DNA from: a virus | Lineage: Duplodnaviria > Caudoviricetes | DNA: 37,909 bases | Reading direction: 5' to 3' (one strand) | IMG/VR virus record: IMGVR_UViG_3300022933_000012 | Span: 1-37,909 of that record | Shown here: positions 15,038-24,963 of the stretch, one piece after another | How the letters are laid out: each line of letters opens with the position of its first letter | Numbering within the stretch: the stretch's first letter is position 1 | The notes under the pieces: model-generated | The model's database searches: none | Told to the model about the DNA's origin: nothing | What the model saw: the letters and a program-made list of their open reading frames with translations, nothing else | Position numbers and translations under genes: made by a program

Positions 15038-15259
15038 TTATCCACCAATAACGGCTGCTGCTGTGGTTAAGTCCTCTGTTGTCCAGAAGTCCTTGGCCAG
15101 CATGATGTTTAAATGTTTTTTGTTCCGTGAGATAGCGTCAGCCACTTCATCAGCACTCAGGTCACTGGGTGGGCTGCTCGCATATTCGTTAATTAAATCA
15201 ACACTATCACCTAATGCGCTGTAGTGTTGTGCAATTTCTTCCACTGTGACTTCTCCCAT
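15038..15259 (-). CDS. Small tail-fibre-associated protein
   Basis: Start re-called at ATG 15259; EEIAQHYSALGDSVDLIN...RN..HL.IM.AKDFWTTED pattern seen near marine phage fibre genes. Confidence 0.6.
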   Translation of the reverse strand: MGEVTVEEIAQHYSALGDSVDLINEYASSPPSDLSADEVADAISRNKKHLNIMLAKDFWTTEDLTTAAAVIGG

Positions 15260-15269
15260 ACCTATGCCC

Positions 15270-15962
15270 TCAAATCGAAAAGTTAAAAGAAAGGGATTGT
15301 GATCCACTTTGGCTGGCTTGCGGATCAGTTCCAATCAAAAGTTTGTCTGTCATGTTGCCAGATGTCACAGTGTCTGGCATCCAATAAAAATAACAAGCAC
15401 CGATATTTGCACCATAGCTCCCAACAGTCGCAGTTAGTGTGTGCGACCCTGGAACCATATCAAAGCTTGGTGATCTGGCAACAAACGCAATCCTTGAATT
15501 GTTGGAAGTCTCAGCATAAATGAAATAAGTCCCCATCGTGATCCCAGTGTTTGATGATGGTGTATTGCCGCTATCTCTGTTCCATTTGTACGAAGCAGTT
15601 CCAGTGGTGATGGCACTATAGGTGGATGACCCTGTATAACCATTTGCAATTTGGGATACTGTCCCTGAAGTATAAGAAATATAGCCCCAATTTTCCACAC
15701 TGCTATCAAAAGTATAAGAAACTGTGCCTGTCACTGCAATTGAATCTATTTGATAGTCACCCCTGTAACCATTTCCATTTGGGGTATATATACACACGAG
15801 CTTTCCCGACACTGGTTGAGGTGCGTCTGGGTCAGTCCATGATGAAGATTCGGCCCCGTAATAGTCAGACAGCCTGTGTGGGGTATAGCTTGCATTGCCG
15901 AAATCAACTAGCATTTCTGAAAATGAATAACTATCACCGCTGCCAATAGTCGGACGTGTCAT
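15270..15962 (-). CDS. Putative fibre-tip adhesin, MAM-like, paralogue B
   Basis: 230 aa; GDYQI, WNRDSGNTPSSNTG, FIYAETS, ARSP, YG.NIG, YWMP; collinear with 16299-16904. Confidence 0.65.
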   Translation of the reverse strand: MTRPTIGSGDSYSFSEMLVDFGNASYTPHRLSDYYGAESSSWTDPDAPQPVSGKLVCIYTPNGNGYRGDYQIDSIAVTGTVSYTFDSSVENWGYISYTSGTVSQIANGYTGSSTYSAITTGTASYKWNRDSGNTPSSNTGITMGTYFIYAETSNNSRIAFVARSPSFDMVPGSHTLTATVGSYGANIGACYFYWMPDTVTSGNMTDKLLIGTDPQASQSGSQSLSFNFSI

Positions 15963-16288
15963 GCGGCATCCCCCACTAAAGCAGAAGTTATCACTTCATC
16001 AAATTCTGCTGCTCTTTCTGAGGCCAAAGCAGTCAAAGTCTCCGTTGCTCTTTGATAGGCTTTATCCCACAATTCATCTAGCGTCCCCACATAATTCAAA
16101 TTGTCACTAAGTATGCCTATCGGGTTTGCCTCAGTATTTCTGTCTTCTTTTGAGGGTGATATATAGAGCTTAAAGTCAGCGCAATATTCCCCCTGCCCCT
16201 CCTTAGACACCACCATTAAGCCTATCCGGTGGTAAGCGTCAGGGTGCTGAACCCCGTCCTCATCAATGTAACTTCCTGTCAAAGCCAT
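15959..16288 (-). CDS. Putative tail fibre assembly/accessory protein
   Basis: Start re-called at ATG 16288 (MALTGSY..GV..PDAYHRI) after GAGG; 109 aa, between the two paralogues. Confidence 0.55.
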   Translation of the reverse strand: MALTGSYIDEDGVQHPDAYHRIGLMVVSKEGQGEYCADFKLYISPSKEDRNTEANPIGILSDNLNYVGTLDELWDKAYQRATETLTALASERAAEFDEVITSALVGDAA

Positions 16289-16298
16289 AATTATTGCC

Positions 16299-16904
16299 TC
16301 ATGCCGTATATGACCAACCGAGATTCCTAGACGAATTTGAGCTGCTAGCAGAATCAGTTCCAATATGTCTTTTATGGCTGCTTGATCCTGACCCCAAATG
16401 GGTAGGCATCCAGTAATAGGCGCAATCCCCAACATTTGATCCGTATGACGCAACTCTCGCTGTAAAAGTATTTAGGGCTACAGACAATGTTATTTGTGGT
16501 GATCTAGCCATGAAAACAGCCCTTGAGCCGTTGGAAGTCTCAGCATAAATTGTGTATTCTGAATAATTATACCCTGTTGAACTAGAAGGGGTGCCGCCAT
16601 AATCCCTGTTGAACCTAAATTGCGCAGTGCTTGTGCCAATAGTTGAGTAACTATCTGCCTCTGCATAATCAGCAACCTCCGAGGATATTGTGCCAGAGGC
16701 AGCACTGGCCCAAGCCCAGCCATCGTTGCTTGACTCAAATCCATGGTCGAATTCCCCAGTTACTGCGATATTAGCTATTTGGTAATCCCCTTGCCAATAA
16801 CTGGTAGCTGGTGCGTAAAAAACGACAAGCCTCCCTATCAGGTTGTTCACTACTGGGACGTAGAAGTCAGAGAATGATATTGCACCACTGGTTGGTATTG
16901 TCAT
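16299..16904 (-). CDS. Putative fibre-tip adhesin, MAM-like, paralogue A
   Basis: 201 aa; N-terminal MTIPTSGAISFSDF typical of proteins encoded after S74-chaperone fibres; FNRDYGGTPSSSTG, IYAETS, YWMP. Confidence 0.65.
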   Translation of the reverse strand: MTIPTSGAISFSDFYVPVVNNLIGRLVVFYAPATSYWQGDYQIANIAVTGEFDHGFESSNDGWAWASAASGTISSEVADYAEADSYSTIGTSTAQFRFNRDYGGTPSSSTGYNYSEYTIYAETSNGSRAVFMARSPQITLSVALNTFTARVASYGSNVGDCAYYWMPTHLGSGSSSHKRHIGTDSASSSNSSRNLGWSYTA

Positions 16905-19900
16905 AATTGAGCTACCTTCTTGGTCAATTCATCTATCTGGGCTTGTTGCTCTTTTATGGCTTCAAGCAGTAACCCAACTATGTTTCCATAAGCCACTGAC
17001 TTAGTGCCAATTTCATCACCAGCCGTATGCACCACTTCTGGGATCACTGCCTCTGTCTCTTGGGCAATGACGCCCATCCCACGTTTGCCGTCCTTGTCGT
17101 AGGTTACGCCACGGAGTGCCAATACCTTGTCTAAGGGCGATTCTATTGTTTTGATGTCATCCTTTAGGCGTTCATCAGAATAGGCTGTGATGTCACCAGT
17201 TGCAGTCAAATCGCCATTAATAGTCGCATTAGTAGTGCCGTTGATGCTTAGTCCAGATGAGGTAACTCTCAATCTTTCTGTGGCGCCTGCTCCTATTATC
17301 ACAGTATCAGACAAAGAAGTTGGGGAACCGGACATCTCCCCAATAATGGTGTTATTACTGCCAGTGGTTAAGACATGGCCAGCCTTATAGCCAATAGCTA
17401 TATTCTTATGTCCTGTCGTCAGATTAACTAGCGCATCTTTGCCGACAGCCGTACACCTTTGTGAAAGGGTGTCATTAATCATAGCACCATGCCCAACAAC
17501 AACGTTGTCGAATCCACTGACATTCACTCGTAATGCTTTCTGACCAATTGCCACATTATTATATCCTGTTGTGGCTGATCTGAGGGAATCAAATCCAACA
17601 GCAACATTCTCGTCGCCTGTGGTCAAGGTTTGCATTGAAGATTTGCCAATCCCTACGTTCTTGAGAGCTGACGAAGCTCCTGACATGCATGAGTTGCCAA
17701 TGGCAATATTCTCAGTCCCTGTAGTTGTGCTGCCCAACGCACCATCACCAATAGCGAGGTTGTGATTGCCTGTGGTCTGCGCATCGAGTGTGTTGACGCC
17801 AATCGCTATGCTAGAATGCCCAGTGGTATTGGAAGAAAGGGCATTATACCCAATAGCCGTATTGTTGAAGCCTGTTGTGTTGGCATACAATGACTTGGGT
17901 CCGAGAGCTGTGTTGTATCCGCCAGTGGTACACAGCCTCAAGGAGTAATATCCGAATGCACAGTTGTAGGTGCCTGTGGTGATTAGGTGTCCGGCCATGT
18001 ATCCCATGGCTGTGTTTTTGTTGGAGCTTCCATCATCATTAGTCAGTGCTGCGTAGCCAACACCAATCGATTGGCTATCAGCAGTAGCCACCATGTCAGT
18101 TATATCATTCAATGCATAAGAAGGTGTTGCCCATACCGCAGTGCCAGACGCAGAATACTTTAAGAATTGACCTGCTGCTCCGCCAGTAGGTATGTGCTTG
18201 TTACCTGCTGCTGCACTGTGGCTTATAGTACCTGTACCTGTTATCGTTCCACCTGTTATAGCACCACTTGTAGCTACCGAGGTAACGCCTGCATTATCGC
18301 CAGTGTTAGTACCACTTAGATTTGACCCTGTAACTGTGCCACTGAAAACTGCCTCACCAGTTGAACTAATAGTTGCTGCGGTTCCATCTATACTGTTTAT
18401 AAAATTAAACCCGTTTCCTGTAACACCAGTTGTTGCTGACCATACACCACCATAGTTACGGAATGAAGCGGTTGAACCTGTATATACATTAGTAGCAGAC
18501 GTAATACCTGCTGAGTTAAAGAACGCTCTCTGTACTCCTGCGGTTCCAATATTTAACGTATCATTTGACGATGAATATATACCAGTATTAGTATCGTCAG
18601 TGAAAGTTATAGAGGGAGCTGCCGCAGAACCATCAGAATGTTTTACAACACCATCAACAGTTAATCCACCGCTGGAGTCTATGCGCATCTTTTCGCTGTT
18701 AGCTATACGGAACTCTAATGTGTCACCCGTGTTAGCAGTGTCAATAACTCCTGAATTATTACCAGCACTGTAGGTTAACTTAACACCTCTAGTTCCATCC
18801 CCAAACTCAGCTTCTCCAATAACGTCAAGAGCTGAACTAGGCGAACTCGTACCAATACCCACGTTGCCTGAGTTTGTTAGATATAAAGTATTACTAGGCG
18901 TAGCCGCTTGAATTTGGAGAGGATAGGTAGTGCCAGCAACTGTTGTGTCTCTAAGAGCAATAGTTCCCCCGTAGGAGCCTAATGTCCATGTTTGGTTTCC
19001 TGTATCAGTTTCCTGTAATACAAAGGCGGGGGCGGCTGATGAACTTCGTATTTTTTTAGTCGCATCAATGCTATAGGATGCAGAGGGATTAGTAGAACCA
19101 ATACCCAAACTCTCAGCACTAGCATCCCAGAAGAACTTTGGCGTTGTGCCTGTGTCTTCGTAGAATGAGATGTCTCCTGTAGTACCTTCAATAAACATAC
19201 GCTTCTTATCCGCTGTGTCTAAGAAGTAAATTCCTTCTCCAGCACCATTAGCTTTTGTTTTAAAGGATAGATTTCCGTTTGTTTTACCTTCTAGCAAACA
19301 GTTATAAGTTGCATCGTTGGTTATTTTTAATACTTGAGTTAAACCATCGCCAGAATAAAAGGAAGCAAGAGTACCGCTATTATCAACAACAAGCCCATCA
19401 GCAGTCACCGTACCAGTTACGTCTACGCCTGTGGCTGTGGTGGCTAGTTTGAGATTACCAGAATGATATAGTTTTACATCCCCGCCAAAAATAGCCTTCG
19501 CAGTAGAATTGTCTGCCGACCTAATAGCTGTATCTGCATCTGCAAGAAGGCGCAAGCCGCCTGTGCCGCCATCTTTAATATAACTATTACTACCATCATG
19601 ATAAATCTGTAAGTCATCACCCGCACCAAACTTAGCCTTGACGTTATCACCGTGGGATACATCGCCCGTTAGTGTGCCGCCAGCTAGGGGTAGGTAGCTG
19701 TGGGTATGGCTATCAGGTGGGAATGTCGTAGGCTTACTAGTTACTTCTGACCAAGTGGGTGCTGTGTGCGTATGGTTAGTGGATGCCCATGTCCTATCGT
19801 ATGCAGACTTGACAGCTTGTGATGATGCTGCGGTTGTCGAGCTTGTGGAGTTAACAACGTCAGATATAGGCAAATGCGTGTCAGTATCAGATGTAATAAT

Positions 19901-21337
19901 TACCCAGTTAGTCCAGCTACCATTGTAGTAGTATCGTTGGTATGTATCATTGGTGCTGATCTTGGTGTATCGTTGTATAGTATGTGACCCAGACCTAGAT
20001 TTGACCACTTCCAATATGCCAGCATAGGGTACAGGGTAATTAGTGCCTGCGTTTGCCTCAGTGTTTGAGGTTTGGGAATAGATCCCGGTCTCCCTCAGTG
20101 TGCTTAGGTTTACGGCATTTCCTATCTCCCAACCATCAACACTAAATTCGCCACTACTAAGTTGCAGCCCATCACCTGCTGAGTAAGTGGTGTTTGTATA
20201 ATTACCCGTATGTAAGTTAGTCGAACCTTGGTCTGTGGTCCAGTCAATGTGCTCATTGGCTACAAAACCAGTTAAGTCATCATGGGTGAAATCGCTAGAT
20301 GAATACGTAGTGTCAGTATAGTTGCCACTGTGGAGGTTAGTCGACCCCTGATCTGTGGTCCAATCTATGTGCTCATTGGCCACAAAGCCAGTTAAGTCGT
20401 CATGGGTAAAATCACTAGATGAGTAGGTTGTATCAGTATAGTTGCCACTATGGAGGTTAGTAGCGCCTTGGTCTGTGGTCCAATCTATGTGTTCATTAGC
20501 AACAAATCCAGTCAAGTCGTCATGGGTGAAATCACTAGATGAGTAAGTGGTGTCAGTATTGAGGTAGTTGCCACTATGAATATTCGTTGAGCCTTGGTCT
20601 GTGGTCCAGTCAATGTGTTCATTGGCTACAAACCCAGTTAAACTATCATGATTGAGGGTTACTACACCAGTCGCACCATCAACACTTGTGACAGAATCTG
20701 TCGGAGTGGCTAACAGGGTGAAGTCTGCCATTGTTCCTGCAGAACCACCATTATGCATATAAGTTTTGTTTTCGTCTGAACGAACAACAACATCACCCTC
20801 TTCTGCAGTGAGTGAAAGCTGAGCAGCTTGGGTGGCGGCTGTCTGTACAGTTGTTAGGGCTGTGGCAGGAAGATTATTCAGATGAATATTAGTCGAACCC
20901 TGATCTGTGGTCCAGTCAATGTGTTCATTGGATACAAACCCAGTCAAGTCATCGTGCGTGAAATCGCTAGATGAATAGGTGGTGTCAGTATAGTTGCCGC
21001 TGTTGATATTAGTAGCACCCTGATCTGTGGTCCAGTCAATGTGCTCATTGGCTACAAACCCAGCCAAGTCATCGTGCGTGAAATCACTAGATGAATAGGT
21101 GGTGTTGTTGTCTGGGACAACTACTGACTCGGAGGTTCCATCACCTTTATATAGAGAGACAGTGTGCCCATTGATGCGAAGTGCATCAGTTGCGTGTAAA
21201 GCTCCTGCCTCATCGTCAAGCACGACAGTAGAAGGCAAGTTGCCACTATGGATGTTGGTAGCGCCTTGATCTGCAGTCCAATCAACTTCTGAGTCAGAAT
21301 CAAGGATGCCAATATTAGTCTTGCCTAAATAACCCAT
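16901..21337 (-). CDS. Long tail fibre with 40-aa repeats, knob domain, NTAIG/GxxAL repeats and C-terminal intramolecular chaperone (peptidase S74)
   Basis: 1478 aa; pyocin-knob-like TGIY.Q...NYP..AGILEV; GNVGIGT shaft motifs; YSDERLKDDI, GVIAQE and VAYG..VGLLLEAIKEQ. Confidence 0.92.
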   Translation of the reverse strand: MGYLGKTNIGILDSDSEVDWTADQGATNIHSGNLPSTVVLDDEAGALHATDALRINGHTVSLYKGDGTSESVVVPDNNTTYSSSDFTHDDLAGFVANEHIDWTTDQGATNINSGNYTDTTYSSSDFTHDDLTGFVSNEHIDWTTDQGSTNIHLNNLPATALTTVQTAATQAAQLSLTAEEGDVVVRSDENKTYMHNGGSAGTMADFTLLATPTDSVTSVDGATGVVTLNHDSLTGFVANEHIDWTTDQGSTNIHSGNYLNTDTTYSSSDFTHDDLTGFVANEHIDWTTDQGATNLHSGNYTDTTYSSSDFTHDDLTGFVANEHIDWTTDQGSTNLHSGNYTDTTYSSSDFTHDDLTGFVANEHIDWTTDQGSTNLHTGNYTNTTYSAGDGLQLSSGEFSVDGWEIGNAVNLSTLRETGIYSQTSNTEANAGTNYPVPYAGILEVVKSRSGSHTIQRYTKISTNDTYQRYYYNGSWTNWVIITSDTDTHLPISDVVNSTSSTTAASSQAVKSAYDRTWASTNHTHTAPTWSEVTSKPTTFPPDSHTHSYLPLAGGTLTGDVSHGDNVKAKFGAGDDLQIYHDGSNSYIKDGGTGGLRLLADADTAIRSADNSTAKAIFGGDVKLYHSGNLKLATTATGVDVTGTVTADGLVVDNSGTLASFYSGDGLTQVLKITNDATYNCLLEGKTNGNLSFKTKANGAGEGIYFLDTADKKRMFIEGTTGDISFYEDTGTTPKFFWDASAESLGIGSTNPSASYSIDATKKIRSSSAAPAFVLQETDTGNQTWTLGSYGGTIALRDTTVAGTTYPLQIQAATPSNTLYLTNSGNVGIGTSSPSSALDVIGEAEFGDGTRGVKLTYSAGNNSGVIDTANTGDTLEFRIANSEKMRIDSSGGLTVDGVVKHSDGSAAAPSITFTDDTNTGIYSSSNDTLNIGTAGVQRAFFNSAGITSATNVYTGSTASFRNYGGVWSATTGVTGNGFNFINSIDGTAATISSTGEAVFSGTVTGSNLSGTNTGDNAGVTSVATSGAITGGTITGTGTISHSAAAGNKHIPTGGAAGQFLKYSASGTAVWATPSYALNDITDMVATADSQSIGVGYAALTNDDGSSNKNTAMGYMAGHLITTGTYNCAFGYYSLRLCTTGGYNTALGPKSLYANTTGFNNTAIGYNALSSNTTGHSSIAIGVNTLDAQTTGNHNLAIGDGALGSTTTGTENIAIGNSCMSGASSALKNVGIGKSSMQTLTTGDENVAVGFDSLRSATTGYNNVAIGQKALRVNVSGFDNVVVGHGAMINDTLSQRCTAVGKDALVNLTTGHKNIAIGYKAGHVLTTGSNNTIIGEMSGSPTSLSDTVIIGAGATERLRVTSSGLSINGTTNATINGDLTATGDITAYSDERLKDDIKTIESPLDKVLALRGVTYDKDGKRGMGVIAQETEAVIPEVVHTAGDEIGTKSVAYGNIVGLLLEAIKEQQAQIDELTKKVAQL
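20183..21110 (-). repeat. 120-bp coding tandem repeats in two blocks (about 20183-20652 and 20880-21110)
   Basis: Six NEHIDWTTDQG-containing units (YTDTTYSSSDFTHDDLTGFVANEHIDWTTDQGSTNLHSGN), exact 120-bp period at 20221/20341/20461, plus a degenerate copy near 21250-21285. Confidence 0.9.
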
Positions 21338-21661
21338 CTAGCTCACCTCCAAAACACTGCAAACAGCCTCAATGTCTCCTGTGGCGTTTGCTGTAATTCC
21401 CAGTTTGTCGCCAGCTTCAAGATTTAGTGGCTTGTCCAAAATAACTGTACTCCCAGCAGGCACTGAAATATCTTTGCCTATGTGTCGGTAGGTTGTACCG
21501 CCATCAACTGTGATTTCAATCGTCACTGTGGCATCATTTGTGCCATCAATATTTGATATATAAAGTGAATTCACTAGGGCTTGTGTAGCTGCCGGACAGG
21601 TGTACAAAATCGTCCTTGATGTGCCTACTGAAATGCCTGCATTTTTAAAAGTATTAGCCAT
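21338..21661 (-). CDS. Small virion tail protein (beta-sandwich connector)
   Basis: 107 aa; MANTFKNA..., LYTCPA, ISNIDG and LEAGDKL pattern; follows a gene ending in IALG. Confidence 0.7.
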   Translation of the reverse strand: MANTFKNAGISVGTSRTILYTCPAATQALVNSLYISNIDGTNDATVTIEITVDGGTTYRHIGKDISVPAGSTVILDKPLNLEAGDKLGITANATGDIEAVCSVLEVS

Positions 21662-21664
21662 GTT

Positions 21665-24412
21665 TTATCCTAAAGCAATTGTTATGGGTAGCGGGTCATT
21701 TTCAGCAGTGATTACTTCGTGTCCCTCAGCATACAATTTGCCGGAAGAGGAAAAAGAGCCAACAACCCCAGCAGTGTTTGCAGATTCACTAATGCTCGTT
21801 AATGAGCCTTCATTCTCAGGCTCGTACACCCTCATTTCTGCAAATTCGTGCATACCATTCCGCAAGTTTATTCGCACACGGACTTGGCCTGAATCAATTG
21901 AGCCGTGGTCATTGGTGTCGTCATCAACTGCCAACTTCCATTTGTTGTCTTGGTAAACATAAGCCAAGTAGCCTTCTGTTTTTAGAACAACTCGATATCT
22001 ATGCCATGAGTCTCTTGTCGTGGTTATTCCAGACGCGGTTATTCCAGATAGTTCAGTTTCATTCACATGGCCATGAACAACACTTCTAACATGAATCAGA
22101 TTAGAATAGCGATAGCCTGAGCCAGATAGTGGTGAGGCTGTCAAATTACTAATGGGGGAAAACCCAATCATGCCTCTGGGGTCAGAATCAAAATCTTGTC
22201 CTAGTCCCCCAAAAGTGCCCGATGAATTAGGCTTGTATAAAAACTCCAGAGTTAAATTTGGGACTGCCTGAAATACATGATAGGAAAGCAAAGCATCACT
22301 CCATGCGTTGCTTCCACTATTTGCATTATCCTCTGCAACATACCATGCCCCCGTTTCACCGCTTGCAATTCCCATGCTTAGTTCTGTTTCCGTCCCTATT
22401 TCAAAGAACCCTTGAGGTGCAACCCCTCCCAGAATGGGGAATTGCTTAAAGTTCAAATATTTTGATGTTCCTGATGCTGCGGTTGTCCACCCCGAAACAT
22501 TGCCCGTAGCATCAACTGCTCTAATCCAATAGTAGAATTTTTGCAACGAGCCAACATTGTCCACAAAAGTTGTCCCTTTAATTGTAGCAATTTGGGATGC
22601 ACTGGAAAATGTGCTGGTGCTGTGACGTCTTATCTCAACATGGCTAAAATCATTGTCTGTCGGGTTCGTCCACTCCACCACAAGAGTTTCAAGCTCACCC
22701 GTAACACTAGGGCTAGTGGGGTCGGCTGGGTTGGTGGTTTTGCCACTAACTGTGTGGGCAGATGATGTTACACCTGTTGACTTAATACCTAATGAGTTAA
22801 CGGCATAGACTTTAAATGTATAAGAAGCTGCAACATTAAGGCCGCGTATTTCATAGCCAGTTGTTGATGTTCTTAGCTCCTGAATTACTGTGCCAGATGA
22901 AATAACCTCAACATTATATTCTTCAACAAAGATATCTGCTGAGGCTGTCCATGATAGCTGCACCACTGGAACAATTGACCCGTCTTCATTTAATACGGCA
23001 TTACCACTAGATACAGCAGTTAGAGCAGTTGGGTCTATAACTAAGCTAGGGTCATGGAGTGTAGTATCTGAATGAGCATCAAGCACCGTCTTTGTTGACC
23101 AAGGGTAGATGCTATCATCATGTTCAATAAGGCTTAAATCTATTGTTCCATCAACAGCTAATGTGGTTGAAAGAACCCTGAATTTTTTGGATACCCATGC
23201 TGGGGTAGAGTGAGTGATACTAATTATATCACCAGCCGTTAAGATCAACGCCTCAGAAGTAACTTTAATACTTACTGTTTTACCGAAACGTGACCGTTTT
23301 AATATAGCCTCAGCAATTCCCATTGCTGAATATCTATCAGTGATTGTGGGTAATGTTGCTTTACCTAGTAAAATCTTCCCGCCATCTGCTGCTCTAAACA
23401 AAGTTTGGTCTGAGCTGACAGAAGTATCAGCAGGTGGATAAAAAACATCATCTGGTTGCCAATCAGCATCTGGATTGATAAAAGTGACTGACACTTGATT
23501 ATAACGGCCTGATTGATTGCCGCTGTTAATGCCAATTCCTCCAATAATATGAGACTCATTTAAGTCTAGTACATTAGCACCTACCTGTTCTGATTCAATG
23601 ATCAGGCCATATTTGCCTTGAGAAAAGGGCATAATCCCGCGCATACCTGACAACAAAATTTTTGTGTTGTCCATTAGACTTCTTGATGTATCAAGAACGG
23701 CGTTGCACTCAAACTCTTTTATCCAAGCACCGCCTGTGTAATTCATTACGCTAGTATCACATCTGGTCTTTGCAGCATTGAACAGCGTATCATCTATTGA
23801 GCTTGCTGGCAGTCCTTTGCCATAAACTGTATTTGTGAGGTAATCTCTGAGGCATAATGCGGGGTTTGCTGAGTAAGCTGTAACCCCTGTCGCTGGGTTG
23901 TATACTTTTTTGCCCAACACATCACAAGTGATGACGGGTATATTAGAAAATGCTTTGCTATCCCATTTAAGCTGAACAGCATAATATGCCAAACCATGTA
24001 ATCTTCTAGTACCATACTGCGTTGTTAGAGATAAGTTGGCTTGTGGATTAGAGCCAGTTCTTTTGGATTCTTTGGCAACAAGACCTGCAAACTTGCTATC
24101 TGTGTTAATGACTCCATCATAATAAACATCGCCGATTGAGTCGATTTCGCCCTCGGCTAAAACTAAAATAATGTTTAGATATGCCCTATTAGCGCCAGCA
24201 GCATTCACAAAAATTCTAGTGCCTCCCACACGGCGAGCACCGTAAATTACTGGGATAGGGGCATTGCTTGACTGCTTATTTATCAACACCCCGTCTAATG
24301 AAGCAGGTTTTTCAGGTGACGGCATCATCCAAGATATAACATCCCTAAAAATACCAGCTGTATAACTAAATGGGTTGCTTAAAAACTCTCCTATTTCGCC
24401 AAAAAAACTCAT
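21665..24412 (-). CDS. Tail tip/central fibre protein (lambda J-like) with FN3-like domains
   Basis: APIPVIYGARRVGG, LAEGEI, NPALCLRDYLT, L.WTAS, Y.FKVYAVN and YYWIRAVD; start at 24412 or 24424. Confidence 0.88.
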   Translation of the reverse strand: MSFFGEIGEFLSNPFSYTAGIFRDVISWMMPSPEKPASLDGVLINKQSSNAPIPVIYGARRVGGTRIFVNAAGANRAYLNIILVLAEGEIDSIGDVYYDGVINTDSKFAGLVAKESKRTGSNPQANLSLTTQYGTRRLHGLAYYAVQLKWDSKAFSNIPVITCDVLGKKVYNPATGVTAYSANPALCLRDYLTNTVYGKGLPASSIDDTLFNAAKTRCDTSVMNYTGGAWIKEFECNAVLDTSRSLMDNTKILLSGMRGIMPFSQGKYGLIIESEQVGANVLDLNESHIIGGIGINSGNQSGRYNQVSVTFINPDADWQPDDVFYPPADTSVSSDQTLFRAADGGKILLGKATLPTITDRYSAMGIAEAILKRSRFGKTVSIKVTSEALILTAGDIISITHSTPAWVSKKFRVLSTTLAVDGTIDLSLIEHDDSIYPWSTKTVLDAHSDTTLHDPSLVIDPTALTAVSSGNAVLNEDGSIVPVVQLSWTASADIFVEEYNVEVISSGTVIQELRTSTTGYEIRGLNVAASYTFKVYAVNSLGIKSTGVTSSAHTVSGKTTNPADPTSPSVTGELETLVVEWTNPTDNDFSHVEIRRHSTSTFSSASQIATIKGTTFVDNVGSLQKFYYWIRAVDATGNVSGWTTAASGTSKYLNFKQFPILGGVAPQGFFEIGTETELSMGIASGETGAWYVAEDNANSGSNAWSDALLSYHVFQAVPNLTLEFLYKPNSSGTFGGLGQDFDSDPRGMIGFSPISNLTASPLSGSGYRYSNLIHVRSVVHGHVNETELSGITASGITTTRDSWHRYRVVLKTEGYLAYVYQDNKWKLAVDDDTNDHGSIDSGQVRVRINLRNGMHEFAEMRVYEPENEGSLTSISESANTAGVVGSFSSSGKLYAEGHEVITAENDPLPITIALG

Positions 24413-24963
24413 CCTCTGCCCCATTTCATATCTTTGACTATTCTTGCAGCAAATTGAAAACCGTTGTTCTCGAAACCAGCAGCCCTTTGGCTTTCAATAT
24501 TTGTTTTTCTGCCTGCTACTTTATTAAAATCAGCCCAGTGAGATGCAGCAGTCAATAATATAGTGCTGGATGTTTTATTGTCCTTAATAGAAAAACCCTG
24601 CATTCGACCTTCATAAATCATAACAGGGTCGCCAATTATTGCTGCCGAAGCATTAAGAAATATACGATTAATAATAACTTGCCTATTAACATAGGTTTGA
24701 TTTAGTAAAATACTGATATAAGCTCGATTTACGCCAGATAGAGTTAAATCAAGAGATGATAATTTAACCTCAGAAGATTCTGTAATTGCTGCTAGGCCCA
24801 TTAAGTGACCACCAGCATCATAAGTGATGCTGTTATGAACAATATCGTGTGGTGCATCTGTTAAATAAACAGGTGTTTCAAAGTCTAGCTTTACTAGGTG
24901 AGCCATGGTAAACGAATTTTTGGCCAATTCAGTGACCACATCCGCATGGATAACGCGGCTCAT
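24409..24963 (-). CDS. Minor tail/hub protein (lambda L/DUF2163-like)
   Basis: YLTD, Y.GR, ASHWADF....GRKTN and MKWG; position between Dit and J. Confidence 0.7.
   Translation of the reverse strand: MSRVIHADVVTELAKNSFTMAHLVKLDFETPVYLTDAPHDIVHNSITYDAGGHLMGLAAITESSEVKLSSLDLTLSGVNRAYISILLNQTYVNRQVIINRIFLNASAAIIGDPVMIYEGRMQGFSIKDNKTSSTILLTAASHWADFNKVAGRKTNIESQRAAGFENNGFQFAARIVKDMKWGRG

Noticed and set aside
15270-16904. Diversity-generating retroelement TR/VR pair or invertible tail-fibre switch
   Set aside because: I see no reverse transcriptase or invertase. The paralogues are in the same orientation and are diverged at all base types.
20183-21110. CRISPR-like array
   Set aside because: The units are in-frame 120-bp coding repeats with no unique spacers, and there are no cas genes.
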